From contig JBJBCN010000003.1 in NCBI GenBank assembly GCA_047285805.1, positions 480,001-544,000 of the forward strand: a DNA stretch of 64,000 nucleotides, written 5' to 3'. Shown in pieces: positions 19,311-32,436 of this stretch. The notes under the pieces are model-generated. The model did not search any database. It was not told the origin of the DNA and worked only from the letters and a program-made list of their open reading frames with translations. A program made the translations under genes and the position numbers. This DNA comes from Synechococcus sp. Lineage in GTDB: Bacteria; Cyanobacteriota; Cyanobacteriia; PCC-6307; Cyanobiaceae. Numbering within the stretch: position 1 is the stretch's first letter; the number at the start of each line of letters is the position of its first letter.

Positions 19311-20741
19311 TTAGGCGCTTCGTCCGTAGAGGTCCTCGAAGCGGACGATGTCGTCCTCGCCGAGGTAGGGGCCGCTTTGGACCTCAATCATTTCGACGGG
19401 GATCTTCCCGGGGTTCGAGAGACGGTGCTTGCAGCCTAGGGGGATGTAGGTGCTCTGGTTCTCGCCCACCAACTCCTCGATGCCGTCTTTCTCGACGACG
19501 GCGGTGCCTTGGACCACGATCCAGTGCTCCGCCCGGTGGTGGTGCATCTGCAACGACAGTGACGCACCGGGGTTCACGCTGATCCGCTTCACCTGCCAGC
19601 GGTCGCCTTCCGTGATGCCGTCGTAGGCGCCCCAGGGCCGGTAGATCTTGCGGTGGGCCTTGCTCTCAGGAGCGCCGTTTTGCTCGAGCAGCCCGACAAT
19701 GCTTTTGACGTTTTGGGCCTGATCCCGCTTTGCGACGAGCACCACGTCATTGGTTTCCACCACCACGAGGTCCTCGACGCCCAGGCCCACCACCAAGCGG
19801 TGCTCGCTGCGCAGGTAGCAGTTGCGGCTGTTCTCGCTGATGACCCGGCCCCGCAGTACGTTGCCCTGGTCGTTGTGATCAGCGGTTTCCCAGAGGGCGC
19901 TCCAGCTGCCCACATCGCTCCAACCGGCTTGCAGCGGTAGCACGGCGCCTCGGTCAGTTCGCTCCATCACGGCCACGTCGATGGCGATGTTGGGGCACTG
20001 GGCAAAGGCGTCCTTCTCGAGGCGTTGGAAGTTCAGGTCTGAGCCGCCTTTCGCGAGGGCACTGCGGCAGGCCTGGACCACCTCGGGAGCGAGTCGTTCT
20101 AGTTCCGCCAGGATCACGCTGGCCTTGAACAGGAACATCCCGCTGTTCCAGGTGAAGCGGCCGGTGGCCAGGAAGCCTTCGGCGGTGGCGCGGTCGGGCT
20201 TCTCCACGAATCGGGCGATCGGCGCCGGGGTGTCCGCATCCCCCAGCGGTTGGGCGGCTTCGATGTAGCCGTAGCCGGTCTCGGGCGCGGTAGGGACGAT
20301 CCCGAAGGTCACCAGTTGGCCCGCGTCCGCGGCCTGGACTCCGGCTTGAACCATTCGTCGGAAGTCAGCGCCGTCGCGGATCACGTGGTCGGCAGCGAGG
20401 ATCAGCAGCAGTGGGTCATCTCCCTCGGCCATGGCCTGGAGGGCGGCAATGGCCACTGCCGGCGCGGTGTTGCGGCCCACAGGCTCCAGCAGGATGGCTG
20501 AGGGATCCACGCCGATCTGGCGCATCTGCTCGGCCACAATGAAGCGGTGGTCTTCGTTGCAGATCAGTAGCGGCGGCTGGAGATCAGCAATTCCCTCCAG
20601 ACGTTGCTGGGTTTGCTGCAGCAGAGTCTCTTCGCCTTGGCCCGCGAGGGCCCAGTACTGCTTGGGGTAACTCGCCCTGGATAGGGGCCAGAGGCGGGTT
20701 CCAGTCCCACCGCAAAGAATGACTGGAACCAGGGCCGCCAT
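19311..20741 (-). CDS. manC: mannose-1-phosphate guanylyltransferase/mannose-6-phosphate isomerase
   Basis: PVILCGGTGTRLWPLSR, EPVGRNTAPA, WSDVGSW, C-terminal cupin RPWG...HHHRAEHW. Confidence 0.95.
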   Translation of the reverse strand: MAALVPVILCGGTGTRLWPLSRASYPKQYWALAGQGEETLLQQTQQRLEGIADLQPPLLICNEDHRFIVAEQMRQIGVDPSAILLEPVGRNTAPAVAIAALQAMAEGDDPLLLILAADHVIRDGADFRRMVQAGVQAADAGQLVTFGIVPTAPETGYGYIEAAQPLGDADTPAPIARFVEKPDRATAEGFLATGRFTWNSGMFLFKASVILAELERLAPEVVQACRSALAKGGSDLNFQRLEKDAFAQCPNIAIDVAVMERTDRGAVLPLQAGWSDVGSWSALWETADHNDQGNVLRGRVISENSRNCYLRSEHRLVVGLGVEDLVVVETNDVVLVAKRDQAQNVKSIVGLLEQNGAPESKAHRKIYRPWGAYDGITEGDRWQVKRISVNPGASLSLQMHHHRAEHWIVVQGTAVVEKDGIEELVGENQSTYIPLGCKHRLSNPGKIPVEMIEVQSGPYLGEDDIVRFEDLYGRSA

Positions 20742-20810
20742 GGAGTGCACTCCTCTTGCGTACCATTTCAAACCAAGCCCGGTCGCTTTGCCTTCGGTCG
20801 TGGTGCTGGT

Positions 20811-21392
20811 TTAGCTCTGTCCTTGCTCGACCTTGGTTTCGGCGAGCTCCAGCAAGCCCGGCGGCGGGGTGATGCCGATCCAGCCCTCCTGGAGCTCCAC
20901 CCTCGGAACAATCGATTCGACAAAGGGGATCCAGAGGGTCTGCTTTTTGCCGTCGAGTTGCACTTCCAGTAGGTCGTTGCCGGCATGGAGCAGGTCTTGC
21001 ACGTGGCCGATGGGGGTGCCGCTCTCAAGCAGCCTGACCTCCAGGCCCACCAGATCCAGGAGATGGAACTCGCCCTTCGCCAGTTGTGGCCGTTCATCGC
21101 TGGGGACCAACAGCTCATGGCCGACGCAGGCTTCAGCACGGCTGCGGTCGTTGATGCCCTCGAGCCGAATCGCAAACAGCTCTTTCCCGGGCAGTCGCCT
21201 GCCGGAGACCAGCTGAATGACTTTGGGCTCTGCTGCGGGCCCGCTCTTTTGGGCTGGAGGGCGCAGCCAGCGGGGACCGGCCTTGGTGAAACGTTCGGGG
21301 AAATCGCTGAGGGGATTTACGCGGAGTTCGCCGCGCAGGCCTTGGGCGGCAACGATCTTTCCGACCACCAGCAGCTCGGGTTGTTGCTCCAT
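20811..21392 (-). CDS. rimM: ribosome maturation factor RimM
   Basis: [16 protein letters not shown]...[23 protein letters not shown]. Confidence 0.93.
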   Translation of the reverse strand: MEQQPELLVVGKIVAAQGLRGELRVNPLSDFPERFTKAGPRWLRPPAQKSGPAAEPKVIQLVSGRRLPGKELFAIRLEGINDRSRAEACVGHELLVPSDERPQLAKGEFHLLDLVGLEVRLLESGTPIGHVQDLLHAGNDLLEVQLDGKKQTLWIPFVESIVPRVELQEGWIGITPPPGLLELAETKVEQGQS

Positions 21393-21446
21393 TAGCCCAA
21401 GGGCCACACCTCAGCCTCGATAATGATCGGACGACTGGGCCTTCCT

Positions 21447-21629
21447 ATGGCTGATTCCCTGCCGATACTGCCTGGCTCCACCGTGGTCGTACGCGATGGC
21501 CGCTCCATCTACAACGGCTACCAGGGCTTCGTGCAGCGCATCAGCGGCAGTAACGCGGCCGTGCTGTTTGAAGGCGGCAACTGGGACAAGCTCGTCACCA
21601 TGCCCCTCAAGATCCTCGAGCAGGCCTGA
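21447..21629 (+). CDS. ndhS: NDH-1 subunit S
   Basis: ILPGSTV...IYNGYQGFVQRIS...AAVLFEGGNWDKLVT. Confidence 0.92.
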   Translation: MADSLPILPGSTVVVRDGRSIYNGYQGFVQRISGSNAAVLFEGGNWDKLVTMPLKILEQA

Positions 21630-22317
21630 TCTGCTTCATGGCGGAGCGGGCGGCCTCCTGTTCGGCCTGCCGGCGGGACCTGCCCCAGCCTTCGCCAAGG
21701 ACCTTCTCCCCCAGATTCACTCGGCAGTGGAAGCGCCGGGGATCGGCGTGGATCTGATTGATCTCCTGGCAGCGGTAATCGGGCAGTCCGCGTTTTTGGC
21801 CCTGGCTCCACTCCTGCAGGGCTGATTTCCAGTTGTGCAGATGGGGGTCGGCTTCAAAAGCCTTGGCGGTGGTTTGCCAGTGGGGGGTCAGCCAGCGAAG
21901 CACGGGCGTCAGGTCCCCCCAGAGCCGGTAGAGCGCCCCAATGCAGGCTTCACAGGCTTCCGCTCTGAGAGTGCCCCGGGCGCTGGAATCTCCTGCGGCC
22001 ATTGGCCCAATGCGCAAGAAGGCCTCGATGCCGATCGTTTGGCCGAGTTCGCCGAGCCAGCGGTCACTGACCAGTTGGGCCCGCAGTGCGGAGCTCTGCC
22101 CCACGCTCAAGTTGGGGTAGTGCTGCTCCAAAAATTCCGAGGCCGCCAGCCGCAGGACGGCATCCCCCAGAAATTCCAGTTTTTCGTGGTTAGTGCTGAG
22201 TCCCGCTGAGGTGTGGGTCAGGGCCTCATCCAGCAGCTGGAGGTCCATCCCGGCTAGGGGGGGCAGCCCCAGGCTTTCCAGGAACTGAAGCAGTTGGGCG
22301 TGGCGCTCAGCGTTCAT
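21607..22317 (-). CDS. rnc: ribonuclease III
   Basis: EKLEFLGDAVL signature; dsRBD NWKSALQEW...AEQEAA. Confidence 0.93.
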   Translation of the reverse strand: MNAERHAQLLQFLESLGLPPLAGMDLQLLDEALTHTSAGLSTNHEKLEFLGDAVLRLAASEFLEQHYPNLSVGQSSALRAQLVSDRWLGELGQTIGIEAFLRIGPMAAGDSSARGTLRAEACEACIGALYRLWGDLTPVLRWLTPHWQTTAKAFEADPHLHNWKSALQEWSQGQKRGLPDYRCQEINQIHADPRRFHCRVNLGEKVLGEGWGRSRRQAEQEAARSAMKQIRPARGS

Positions 22318-22323
22318 TGGGGT

Positions 22324-22717
22324 GAAAGCAGGACGTAAGCCGGGTTCTGTTCTCCTCTCCGAAGAAAGGGGGCGATCATCTGTCTGGGACCACCGTTACC
22401 GGTGGCCTCAAGCGGCGCAAGAAAAGCGGAACGGGTGTCATGGCCAACCGTTGTTCCTAGGCCTTGCTCCCAGCCGGGGTTTACCGAGCCAGCACCTCTC
22501 GATGCTGCTGGTGCGCTCTTACCGCACCTTTGCACCCTTACCTGATCCCCGAGGGGCCATCGGCGGTGTGTTTCTGTGGCACTCTCCTCACGGTCACCCG
22601 CACTGGGCGTTACCCAGCAAGCCTGGCCATTGGGGAGCCCGGACTTTCCTCAACCGGTCCGTTCCACCAGCCCGAGGGCTTGGGCGTCTCCCGGTCGCGA
22701 TCACCTCGCCTGCTTTC
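22324..22717 (-). ncRNA. rnpB: RNase P RNA (type A)
   Basis: GAGGAAAGTCCGGGC near the 5' end, ACAGAACCCGGCTTA near the 3' end, and a terminal GAAAGCAGG/CCTGCTTTC helix. Confidence 0.96.
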
Positions 22718-22739
22718 AAACCCCATAATGGCGACTTGG

Positions 22740-22813
<74 letters not shown>

Positions 22814-22899
22814 TTCTCGATTCCCACAGGGGTATCCACCGCTACCAGTAGTGGCGTGCTGGACGTTGCCACTGCCGCTAGCGTGTATTCAATCGCCAC

Positions 22900-23220
22900 A
22901 TGGCCATGGCACAGCTGCATGATCTCAGGCTGCGGCTACTGGTGCAACAAGAGAGTGAGCGCATCGTCGACAGCCTTCCTGACGGCCTCGACCTTTCGGT
23001 GATCCAGGCTCGCTGCCTCTGCTGGCTGGCCCTCTTGGCCGAGGCCCATGAGGACAGCGCCAACGAAGCCGTCCGCGAAGGGGATACCGATCAGGCCATG
23101 GCCTGGTTTGCCGATTCGATGCGTCTGCGTGACGTCATTCAGGTGGTCAGCTCGATCGAGATCCCCATCCCGGGAGCGATCGACGACGCCAGTGACTCCG
23201 GCGACTCCTTGGCCGCTTGA
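22900..23220 (+). CDS. hypothetical protein (picocyanobacterial type)
   Basis: 106-aa ORF with host codon usage; alternative start at 22906. Confidence 0.75.
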   Translation: MAMAQLHDLRLRLLVQQESERIVDSLPDGLDLSVIQARCLCWLALLAEAHEDSANEAVREGDTDQAMAWFADSMRLRDVIQVVSSIEIPIPGAIDDASDSGDSLAA

Positions 23221-23297
23221 GCCAACACATTCAGAATCTCTTTATTTCTGAGTCGTCCTGGTGTCATGATGGGATTTGACCCACGAAGGGGACTGCG

Positions 23298-23756
23298 GTG
23301 CCGGAAGAGCCCTGCCAATGCCCTGACTGTCAGCGGTTCTATCGAGAGCACGACCGACTGATTCGGGAAAATCCCACGCTGCGTCAGCAACAGGAGCTCA
23401 GCTGGGCTGCCCTGCAGTCATTCCGGACCTTGGCCGGAAGGGTTCTCGAAGATCTGCAAAAATCCACGCCAGAGCCTGCCGCTCAGCCTCCGGCTGCCGC
23501 CGCCGCTGGTGTGGCTCCCCAGGAAGACTCGGCTCACGAGGCTTTGCAGCAGGCCGTCAGCGACCTCGAGAACATCAACGCTCATCTCTTCTCGATCGAG
23601 GCACTCATGGAGCGCATCTTTGATGTGCGTGTTCCCGAGCCCGTGGAGCACAAGTTCCGTGAGATTGCCGGTGAGCTCGCCCCCGATCCGCTTAATGCGG
23701 ATCGCCTGCGCCTCAACCGCCTGCTGCACCAGACTCCCGATCTCCCTGATCGCTGA
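23298..23756 (+). CDS. hypothetical protein with N-terminal CxCxxC motif
   Basis: PCQCPDCQRFYREHDRLIRE; GTG start; host codon usage. Confidence 0.75.
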   Translation: MPEEPCQCPDCQRFYREHDRLIRENPTLRQQQELSWAALQSFRTLAGRVLEDLQKSTPEPAAQPPAAAAAGVAPQEDSAHEALQQAVSDLENINAHLFSIEALMERIFDVRVPEPVEHKFREIAGELAPDPLNADRLRLNRLLHQTPDLPDR

Positions 23757-23791
23757 TCATGTGATTAGCTCCCCGATTTCTTGGAGGGGGG

Positions 23792-26317
<2,526 letters not shown>

Positions 26318-26895
26318 CAGGCCAGCTCGGGTGGGACTGCAGCGCTCTACTGCTGGTTGTCGATCGTCAGGGCGTCCATCTCGTGCTCCTGTGAGGAGAA
26401 ACGGCTGCCAGGAATCCCATCGAGAAAGTCCTGGCTTGGGAGGTCAGAACAGCTGTTCCTTTCTCACTTCACCAAGACGTTGATGGAGCTTGTGTTCGTT
26501 GCTTCAGGAGATGCAGAACGCAGCGTGACAGCAGAGCCGTTAAGGCAATCAGGGGTAACCGTTTCTTTGTAGAGAGTTCAGCGATTTCTGGTGAAGAGTG
26601 TGTCGAAATCCCGATCGCCTGAAACAACGGAACACCCTGTGGTGGCAAGGCCCGTGGACTCAATCTCCATCAGTTCCGTTGGTGAATTCGGCTGAATGGT
26701 CGGCTGCGGTGGCTTGATGGATCTTCGAAGCGGGGTGGATTGCTCAGTACAACGGTTCACATCCCTTGCCTGCCAAAGGATTGGCGGAATCTTTCGCCGT
26801 GGCTTCCGCCGATTTTGCCCCGGTGAAACGTAGCCGTTGTCACAAGGGATGACCCCGTCGGGCGAGACTCTCGTCTGGAATCACTCACGACTGCT

Positions 26896-28233
26896 ATGCC
26901 GGAGATCGGCGCCCACCAGCTCGAAGTGGTCGAAACCCTGATTGGGGTCGGTCGCTTCCTGGTGATTTTTGTGGCGGCTCGCCTGTTGGCGGAACTGCTG
27001 GTGCGCTGGCAGTTGCCCACCATCCTCGGTGAGCTGATCGCCGGCGTGATCATCGGCGCCTCGGGCCTGCACCTGATCGTGCCGCCGGAGACCCAGGCGG
27101 CAGTTGCGAACTGGGCCCTCCAGCTGATGGGTTCCCTTGCGGATGTCCCGCCCCAGCTGGTGGGCCAGGTCTACAACGAGAGTTTCCCCAGCCTGCAGGC
27201 TGTGGCCACCTTGGGTCTCTTTGCCCTGCTCTTCCTCACGGGCTTGGAAAGCGACCTCGATGAGCTGGTCGCCGTGGGTGCCCAAGCGATCACCGTCGCC
27301 GTGGCCGGCGTCGCGGTGCCCTTCGCCCTCGGCACCGCCGGCTTGATGGCGATCTTCCACGTGGAGGTGATCCCCGCCGTCTTTGCTGGAGCGGCGATGA
27401 CGGCTACGAGCATCGGTATCACGGCCAGCGTCTTTGGCGAGCTCAAGATGCTGCGCTCCCGGGAGGGGCAGATCGTGATTGGCGCCGCTGTTCTGGACGA
27501 CATCCTGGGCATCGTCATCCTTGCGGTGGTGGTGAGCATTGCCGGAGGCGGCAGCCTCGAGTTGGGACCGATCCTGAAGCTGTTGGCTGCCGCCGTGGTC
27601 TTCGTGATCGCCGCCATTGGCCTGAGTCGAACTGCCGCTCCTGGATTCGACTGGTTGATTGACCGCCTCAAAGCCCCCGGTGATGTGGTGGTTGCCTCGT
27701 TTGTCGTGTTGACACTCTGCTGCTTCGCGGCCACGGCCATCGGCCTGGAGGCGGCCCTGGGAGCCTTCGCCGCCGGTCTGATTCTGAGCAAGTCGGACCA
27801 CACCCATGCCATCGAGGCGGCGGTGAAGCCGGTGGTGGCACTCTTCGCCACGATCTTTTTTGTGCTGATTGGCACTGGCATGGATCTGTCGGTGCTCAAT
27901 CCCCTGGACCCCGACAACCGTGCGGGTCTGGTGATCGCCGCCTTCCTGCTCGTGGTGGCGATCCTGGGCAAGGTGGTCTCCGGCTGGACCTTCGTCTCCA
28001 AGGAACCCACGAACCGTCTGGTGGTGGGCCTCGGGATGATGCCCCGCGGTGAAGTGGGCCTGATCTTCCTGGGGCTGGGGACCCAGGCAAAGCTGCTCAG
28101 CCCGGCCTTGGAAGCGGCAATCCTGTTGATGGTGATCGGTACCACCTTCTTGGCCCCGATCCTCCTCAGACTGGTCTTGGCTGGAAAGAGTGATGGACCC
28201 GACCTCGACCCCCTCGCCGAAATCCCCACTTAA
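26896..28233 (+). CDS. cation:proton antiporter, CPA2/NhaS3-like
   Basis: multiple TM helices, TATSIGIT, GAAVLDDILG, GMMPRGEVGLIF. Confidence 0.9.
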   Translation: MPEIGAHQLEVVETLIGVGRFLVIFVAARLLAELLVRWQLPTILGELIAGVIIGASGLHLIVPPETQAAVANWALQLMGSLADVPPQLVGQVYNESFPSLQAVATLGLFALLFLTGLESDLDELVAVGAQAITVAVAGVAVPFALGTAGLMAIFHVEVIPAVFAGAAMTATSIGITASVFGELKMLRSREGQIVIGAAVLDDILGIVILAVVVSIAGGGSLELGPILKLLAAAVVFVIAAIGLSRTAAPGFDWLIDRLKAPGDVVVASFVVLTLCCFAATAIGLEAALGAFAAGLILSKSDHTHAIEAAVKPVVALFATIFFVLIGTGMDLSVLNPLDPDNRAGLVIAAFLLVVAILGKVVSGWTFVSKEPTNRLVVGLGMMPRGEVGLIFLGLGTQAKLLSPALEAAILLMVIGTTFLAPILLRLVLAGKSDGPDLDPLAEIPT

Positions 28234-28744
28234 GGGCTGGCAGTTCTGTTGGGGCGGTTGGCTCGACAACCGCCACGGCGAGTGGTGGCTGCTGGCGCAG
28301 CTGCTGCTGATCGCGGCCACCCTATTTCCCACTTGGCCAGTCCCCGGCAGCTGGGGCTATGCCTGGCCCCTCCCCCTCGCCCTGTCCGGTGCGTTGCTCT
28401 TACTGGTGGGCTTGCTCTTGGCTGCCCAAGCCTTCTGGCGTTTGGGTCCCAGCTTGACGCCCTTGCCCGATCCCAAGCCCGGTGCGGCCTTGGTCACGAG
28501 CGGGGCCTATGGGCGCTGCCGCCATCCGCTCTATCAGTCCGTTTTGCTCTGTGAGCTCGGGGTGGCTATCGCCCTCGGCAGCCTGTTCCACCTTGGGCTC
28601 TTCCTGGCCTTGGCCGCGGTGTTGGGAGGCAAGGCACGGCGAGAAGAGCGCTTACTTGTCCCGCTTCATCCGCAGTACGTCAACTATCGCCGGACGACTC
28701 CGGCGATCTTGCCAGGTCTGCCTTGGTTGGATTGGCGGAGCTGA
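28190..28744 (+). CDS. isoprenylcysteine carboxyl methyltransferase family membrane protein
   Basis: LTPLPDPK...LVTSGAYGRCRHPLY...KARREE; start 28190 or 28193. Confidence 0.8.
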   Translation: MMDPTSTPSPKSPLKGWQFCWGGWLDNRHGEWWLLAQLLLIAATLFPTWPVPGSWGYAWPLPLALSGALLLLVGLLLAAQAFWRLGPSLTPLPDPKPGAALVTSGAYGRCRHPLYQSVLLCELGVAIALGSLFHLGLFLALAAVLGGKARREERLLVPLHPQYVNYRRTTPAILPGLPWLDWRS

Positions 28745-28745
28745 G

Positions 28746-29744
28746 TTAAAGCCCGCGCTCTTCCAATTGCTGGGCGGCCCGCTCGAGGACCTCCGGCCCG
28801 GCGTCCCGTTGGCCAGCGGCTTGGCCCAGATTCCGGCGCCAATGGCGGGCGCCGCTGACCCCTTCCACCACCTGCACCAGGTGTCGGGCGATCGACCACA
28901 GTCGCCCACCGCTGCTGCACCAGCCTTCGGCATAGGGAATTAAGCCCCGTACCACCGTGGATGCCTTCGCCACCGCCTGGCTGTCGTCCCCGAAGAGATC
29001 GCGGTCCACCCTGGCCCAGCGCAGCGGGTGGTCGTAGGCGGCACGGCCCACCATCACCCCGTCCACCGCCTCCAGTTGTTCGAGGCAGCTGCTCAGCTCC
29101 AGGAGGCCGCCGTTGAGTTCGATGGTCAACTGGGGGCGGTCGGCCTTGAGCTGATGCACCAGCTCGTAGCGGAGGGGTGGGATGGTGCGGTTTTGCTTGG
29201 GGTCCAAGCCTTCGAGCCAGGCCTTCCGGGCATGGACGCTGAAGCGCTGCGCACCGGCCGCGGCCACTGTGTCGACAAAGGCCAGCAGCTCCTCATAGGA
29301 ATCCCGCTCATCAATGCCGATGCGGTGCTTCACCGTGACCGGTAGCGCCGAGGCCGCGGCCATGGCGCTGATGCAACGCGCCACCTGCTCGGGCTCGGCC
29401 ATCAGGCAGGCCCCAAAGCGCCCCTTCTGGACCTTCTCACTGGGACAGCCGACGTTGAGGTTGATCTCGTTGTAGCCGCGGTCGGCGGCGATGCGTGCGG
29501 CTTCAGCCAGCAAAACGGGGTCGTCTCCCCCCACCTGCAGGGCAATGGGGTGCTCCATCGGGTCGAAGTCGATCAGCCGGTCTCGTCGTTCGCTGTGGTG
29601 GAGGGCCTGGGCCACCACCATTTCGGTGTAGAGCAAGCTGCGACGGCTGATCTGCCGCATCAGCACCCGGAAGTGCCGATCGGTGTAGTCCATCATCGGA
29701 GCCACACTGAAGCGGTAGGCCCCGTTCAGCAGCGAATCGGGCAT
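28746..29744 (-). CDS. dusA: tRNA dihydrouridine synthase DusA
   Basis: FSVAPMMDYTDRHFR, INLNVGCPS, TVKHRIG, VHARKAWLEGL. Confidence 0.93.
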   Translation of the reverse strand: MPDSLLNGAYRFSVAPMMDYTDRHFRVLMRQISRRSLLYTEMVVAQALHHSERRDRLIDFDPMEHPIALQVGGDDPVLLAEAARIAADRGYNEINLNVGCPSEKVQKGRFGACLMAEPEQVARCISAMAAASALPVTVKHRIGIDERDSYEELLAFVDTVAAAGAQRFSVHARKAWLEGLDPKQNRTIPPLRYELVHQLKADRPQLTIELNGGLLELSSCLEQLEAVDGVMVGRAAYDHPLRWARVDRDLFGDDSQAVAKASTVVRGLIPYAEGWCSSGGRLWSIARHLVQVVEGVSGARHWRRNLGQAAGQRDAGPEVLERAAQQLEERGL

Positions 29745-29769
29745 CACCCCATGCTCGCCTTTCACGCTG

Positions 29770-31020
29770 ATGCCCCCCCGTTCTGAGCACTGGTCCTTGG
29801 TGGTGGCGGGCGGCGGTCCCGCCGGCTTTATGGCGGCCATCGCCGCAGCCGAGGCGGGTCAGCGGCGCGTGTTGGTCCTGGAGAGCACCCCCGAGCCCCT
29901 GGGCAAGGTCTTGATCAGCGGCGGCGGCCGCTGCAATGTCACCCATGCCTGCTGGGATCCGCGTGAACTGGTGGGCTTCTATCCCCGGGGGGGCAAGGCC
30001 CTGAGGGGACCCTTCAGCCGCTTTGCTGCCGGTGATGCCATCGCTTGGTTTGACGACCACGGCCTGACCCTGGTGGAGGAGGCCGATGGCCGCATGTTTC
30101 CCCAGGCCAACCGCTCCACCGCTGTCATCCAGTGCCTGCGGCAGGCCGCGGAACAGGCGGGGGTGACCCTGCGCAGCAGTGAGGCGCTGCAGCAGGCAGG
30201 CCAGCGGCCCACGGGTGGTTTTGAGCTGACGCTCCGCAGTGGCACCCAGCTCAGCGCCGATTGCCTGGTGCTCGCAACTGGCAGCCACCCCAGCGGCCGT
30301 CGTTTGGCCTCAGGTTTGGGCCATGGCTTGGTGGCGCCGGTGCCCTCGCTGTTCACCCTCGCTTTGAAGCCCAATCCCCTGGTGGGCTTGGCCGGTGTGG
30401 TGATGGATCCGGTGGACCTGGAGTTGGAGGCGGGGGGCCAGCGCTTCCGCCAGAGCGGCCCGGTTCTGATCACCCATTGGGGCCTGAGCGGTCCGGTGAC
30501 CCTGCGGCTGACCGCCTTTGCCGCCCGGACCCTCCATGGCGCGGGGTACAGGGGCAGCTTGCAGGTGGATTGGAGCGGCGGCCGTTCCCTGCAGCAGCTG
30601 GAAGAGCTCTTTGCGGACTGCCGCAGGGATCAGGCCAAGCGTCAACTCAGCAACGCCCGCCCGTGGCCGGGTCTCAGTCGCCGCCTCTGGCAGTTCCTGC
30701 TGAGCCAGGAGGGGGTCGAGCCCGACCGCCGTTGGGCGGATTTGGCGAAGCGTCAGCAGCTCGGCTTGCTTGAGTCCCTGCGTCGTAGTCGTTTCCTGGT
30801 GGCTGGCCGCGGCCCTTTCGGCGAAGAGTTTGTGACCGCCGGTGGCGTGCCGCTGGGGGAGGTCAACCTGGCCACGATGGAGAGTCGGAAGGTAGCGGAG
30901 CTTTACTTGGTGGGTGAGCTCCTGGATGTGGACGGCGTCACTGGCGGCTTCAACTTCCAGCACTGCTGGAGTTCCGGCTGGCTGGCTGGTCAGGCGATTG
31001 CGGCGGCCGGAGCTAGTTGA
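29770..31020 (+). CDS. NAD(P)/FAD-dependent oxidoreductase, HI0933/BaiN family
   Basis: GGGPAG, KVLISGGGRCNVT, LITHWGLSGP, VTAGGV, GELLDVDGVTGGFNFQ. Confidence 0.93.
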   Translation: MPPRSEHWSLVVAGGGPAGFMAAIAAAEAGQRRVLVLESTPEPLGKVLISGGGRCNVTHACWDPRELVGFYPRGGKALRGPFSRFAAGDAIAWFDDHGLTLVEEADGRMFPQANRSTAVIQCLRQAAEQAGVTLRSSEALQQAGQRPTGGFELTLRSGTQLSADCLVLATGSHPSGRRLASGLGHGLVAPVPSLFTLALKPNPLVGLAGVVMDPVDLELEAGGQRFRQSGPVLITHWGLSGPVTLRLTAFAARTLHGAGYRGSLQVDWSGGRSLQQLEELFADCRRDQAKRQLSNARPWPGLSRRLWQFLLSQEGVEPDRRWADLAKRQQLGLLESLRRSRFLVAGRGPFGEEFVTAGGVPLGEVNLATMESRKVAELYLVGELLDVDGVTGGFNFQHCWSSGWLAGQAIAAAGAS

Positions 31021-32248
31021 TCTGGTCGAAGATCGAAAACATCGGTAGGTACATCGCCAGCAGGATCGAGCCGACGATGCCGCCCACAATCCCGATCATG
31101 GCGGGCTCCAGCATTGGGGTCAGGGCCTTGACGGCGGCCTCCACCTCGTCTTCATAGAAGTTGGCCACCTTCGAGAGCATGGCGTCCATCTGGCCGGTTT
31201 CTTCGCCGATGGCGAGCATGCTCAAGCCCACCTCCGGAAACACCCTTTGGCGGTCCAGGGCGACGCTCAAGGGGATTCCCTCCTGCACGTCCTGAAGTGA
31301 GCCGACGATGGCCTCGGCAATGACGGCGTTGCCGGCTGTTTCCTGCACGATCTCGAGGGACAGCAGGATCGGCACCCCCGCACGGGTCAGGAAGCTGAAG
31401 GTGCGGCAGAACTTGGCTGTGGCGGTTTTCTGAATCAGATCACCAAAGAGCGGCAGTTTGACCAGCAGCCCATCCACGCGTCTGCGGCCGCTGGCCGTGG
31501 CGTAGACGCGGCCGAACATCCAGACCCCCACGGCCATGGCCAGGCCCAGAAACAGTGAAAACGAAGACCGCAGCAACTGGCTGAGGTCGACCATCGTTTG
31601 CGTGAATAGCGGGAGTTCAGCCCCCAGGTCTTCGAAGATTCCGGCGAAGGTGGGGATCAGAAAGATCGTTATCCCCAAGAAGACCAGGAACGCGATGGCC
31701 AGCACGGCCACGGGGTAGCCCATGGCGCTTTTGATCTGGTTCTGCAGCCGGGCATTGCCCTCAAGCAACTTGGCCAGCCGGCGCAGGCTCTCGTCCAGGA
31801 CGCCCCCCGCTTCGCAGGCCTCCACCATGGCGATGGTGAGCTTGTCGAAGACCCGCTGCCAAAGGCGCAGTGCCGCCCCCAGGCTTCCCGCCTGGTTCAC
31901 TTCCGTGCTCACCGGCTGTCAGGGCCGTTTGAGCAGCCGCATGCGCTGCTGGCGGGTCATCACATCGAGGCTGCGCACGATCGGGCCCCCCGCATCTACG
32001 AGGGCCGCCGGCTTGTTGGCAAAGAGAGCCTTCTCGCGGATGCCGGGCTTGGCCTCGAGGAGGCTGGGGATATCCATCCCAAAGACTGTGCTGGCAGCCG
32101 CTGGATTGCTCTTCACCAGCTCCAGGTGCTGTGCATGATGCCCCGGCGCCGCAGCTCCCGCCGTGCACGGGTTGGATCGCAGGCCTGCAGCTGCAGCGTG
32201 CGGGTTTGACCGGAAGCAGTTCATGTAAGTCGCGCTGAAGTTGGGCAC
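31013..32248 (-). pseudogene. pilC: frameshifted type IV pilus inner-membrane platform protein PilC
   Basis: T2SSF repeats (EAGGVLDESL, IGEETGQMDAMLSKVANFYEDEV, LAMYLPMF); the N-terminal part is split over frames, with TGA at 31921-31919. Confidence 0.85.
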
Positions 32249-32436
32249 TAGCCCTTCAGGAGCCGCATCAGCTCGTCTGGCTTGCTCGCCTTGGCGAGGG
32301 CTTCACTGCGATCCACGGCGCCAGCCTGCACCAGGTTGGCGAGGGCGCGCTCCAGGGTTTGCATGCCCTGCTGGCCGCCCGTTTGGATCTGGGAATAGAG
32401 CTGCGCGGTTTGTCCCTCCCGGATCAAGTTGGCGAT
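32248..32436 (-). pseudogene. pilT: C-terminal remnant of pilus retraction ATPase PilT
   Basis: IANLIREGQTAQLYSQIQTGGQQGMQTLE...AKASKPDEL; ATPase core absent. Confidence 0.85.

Noticed and set aside
26881..28332. 483-aa and 352-aa minus-strand ORFs, and many similar long antisense ORFs across the window
   Set aside because: Shadow frames of well-supported GC-rich genes (antiporter, gap2, sqdB, tktA and others) with no recognisable motifs.
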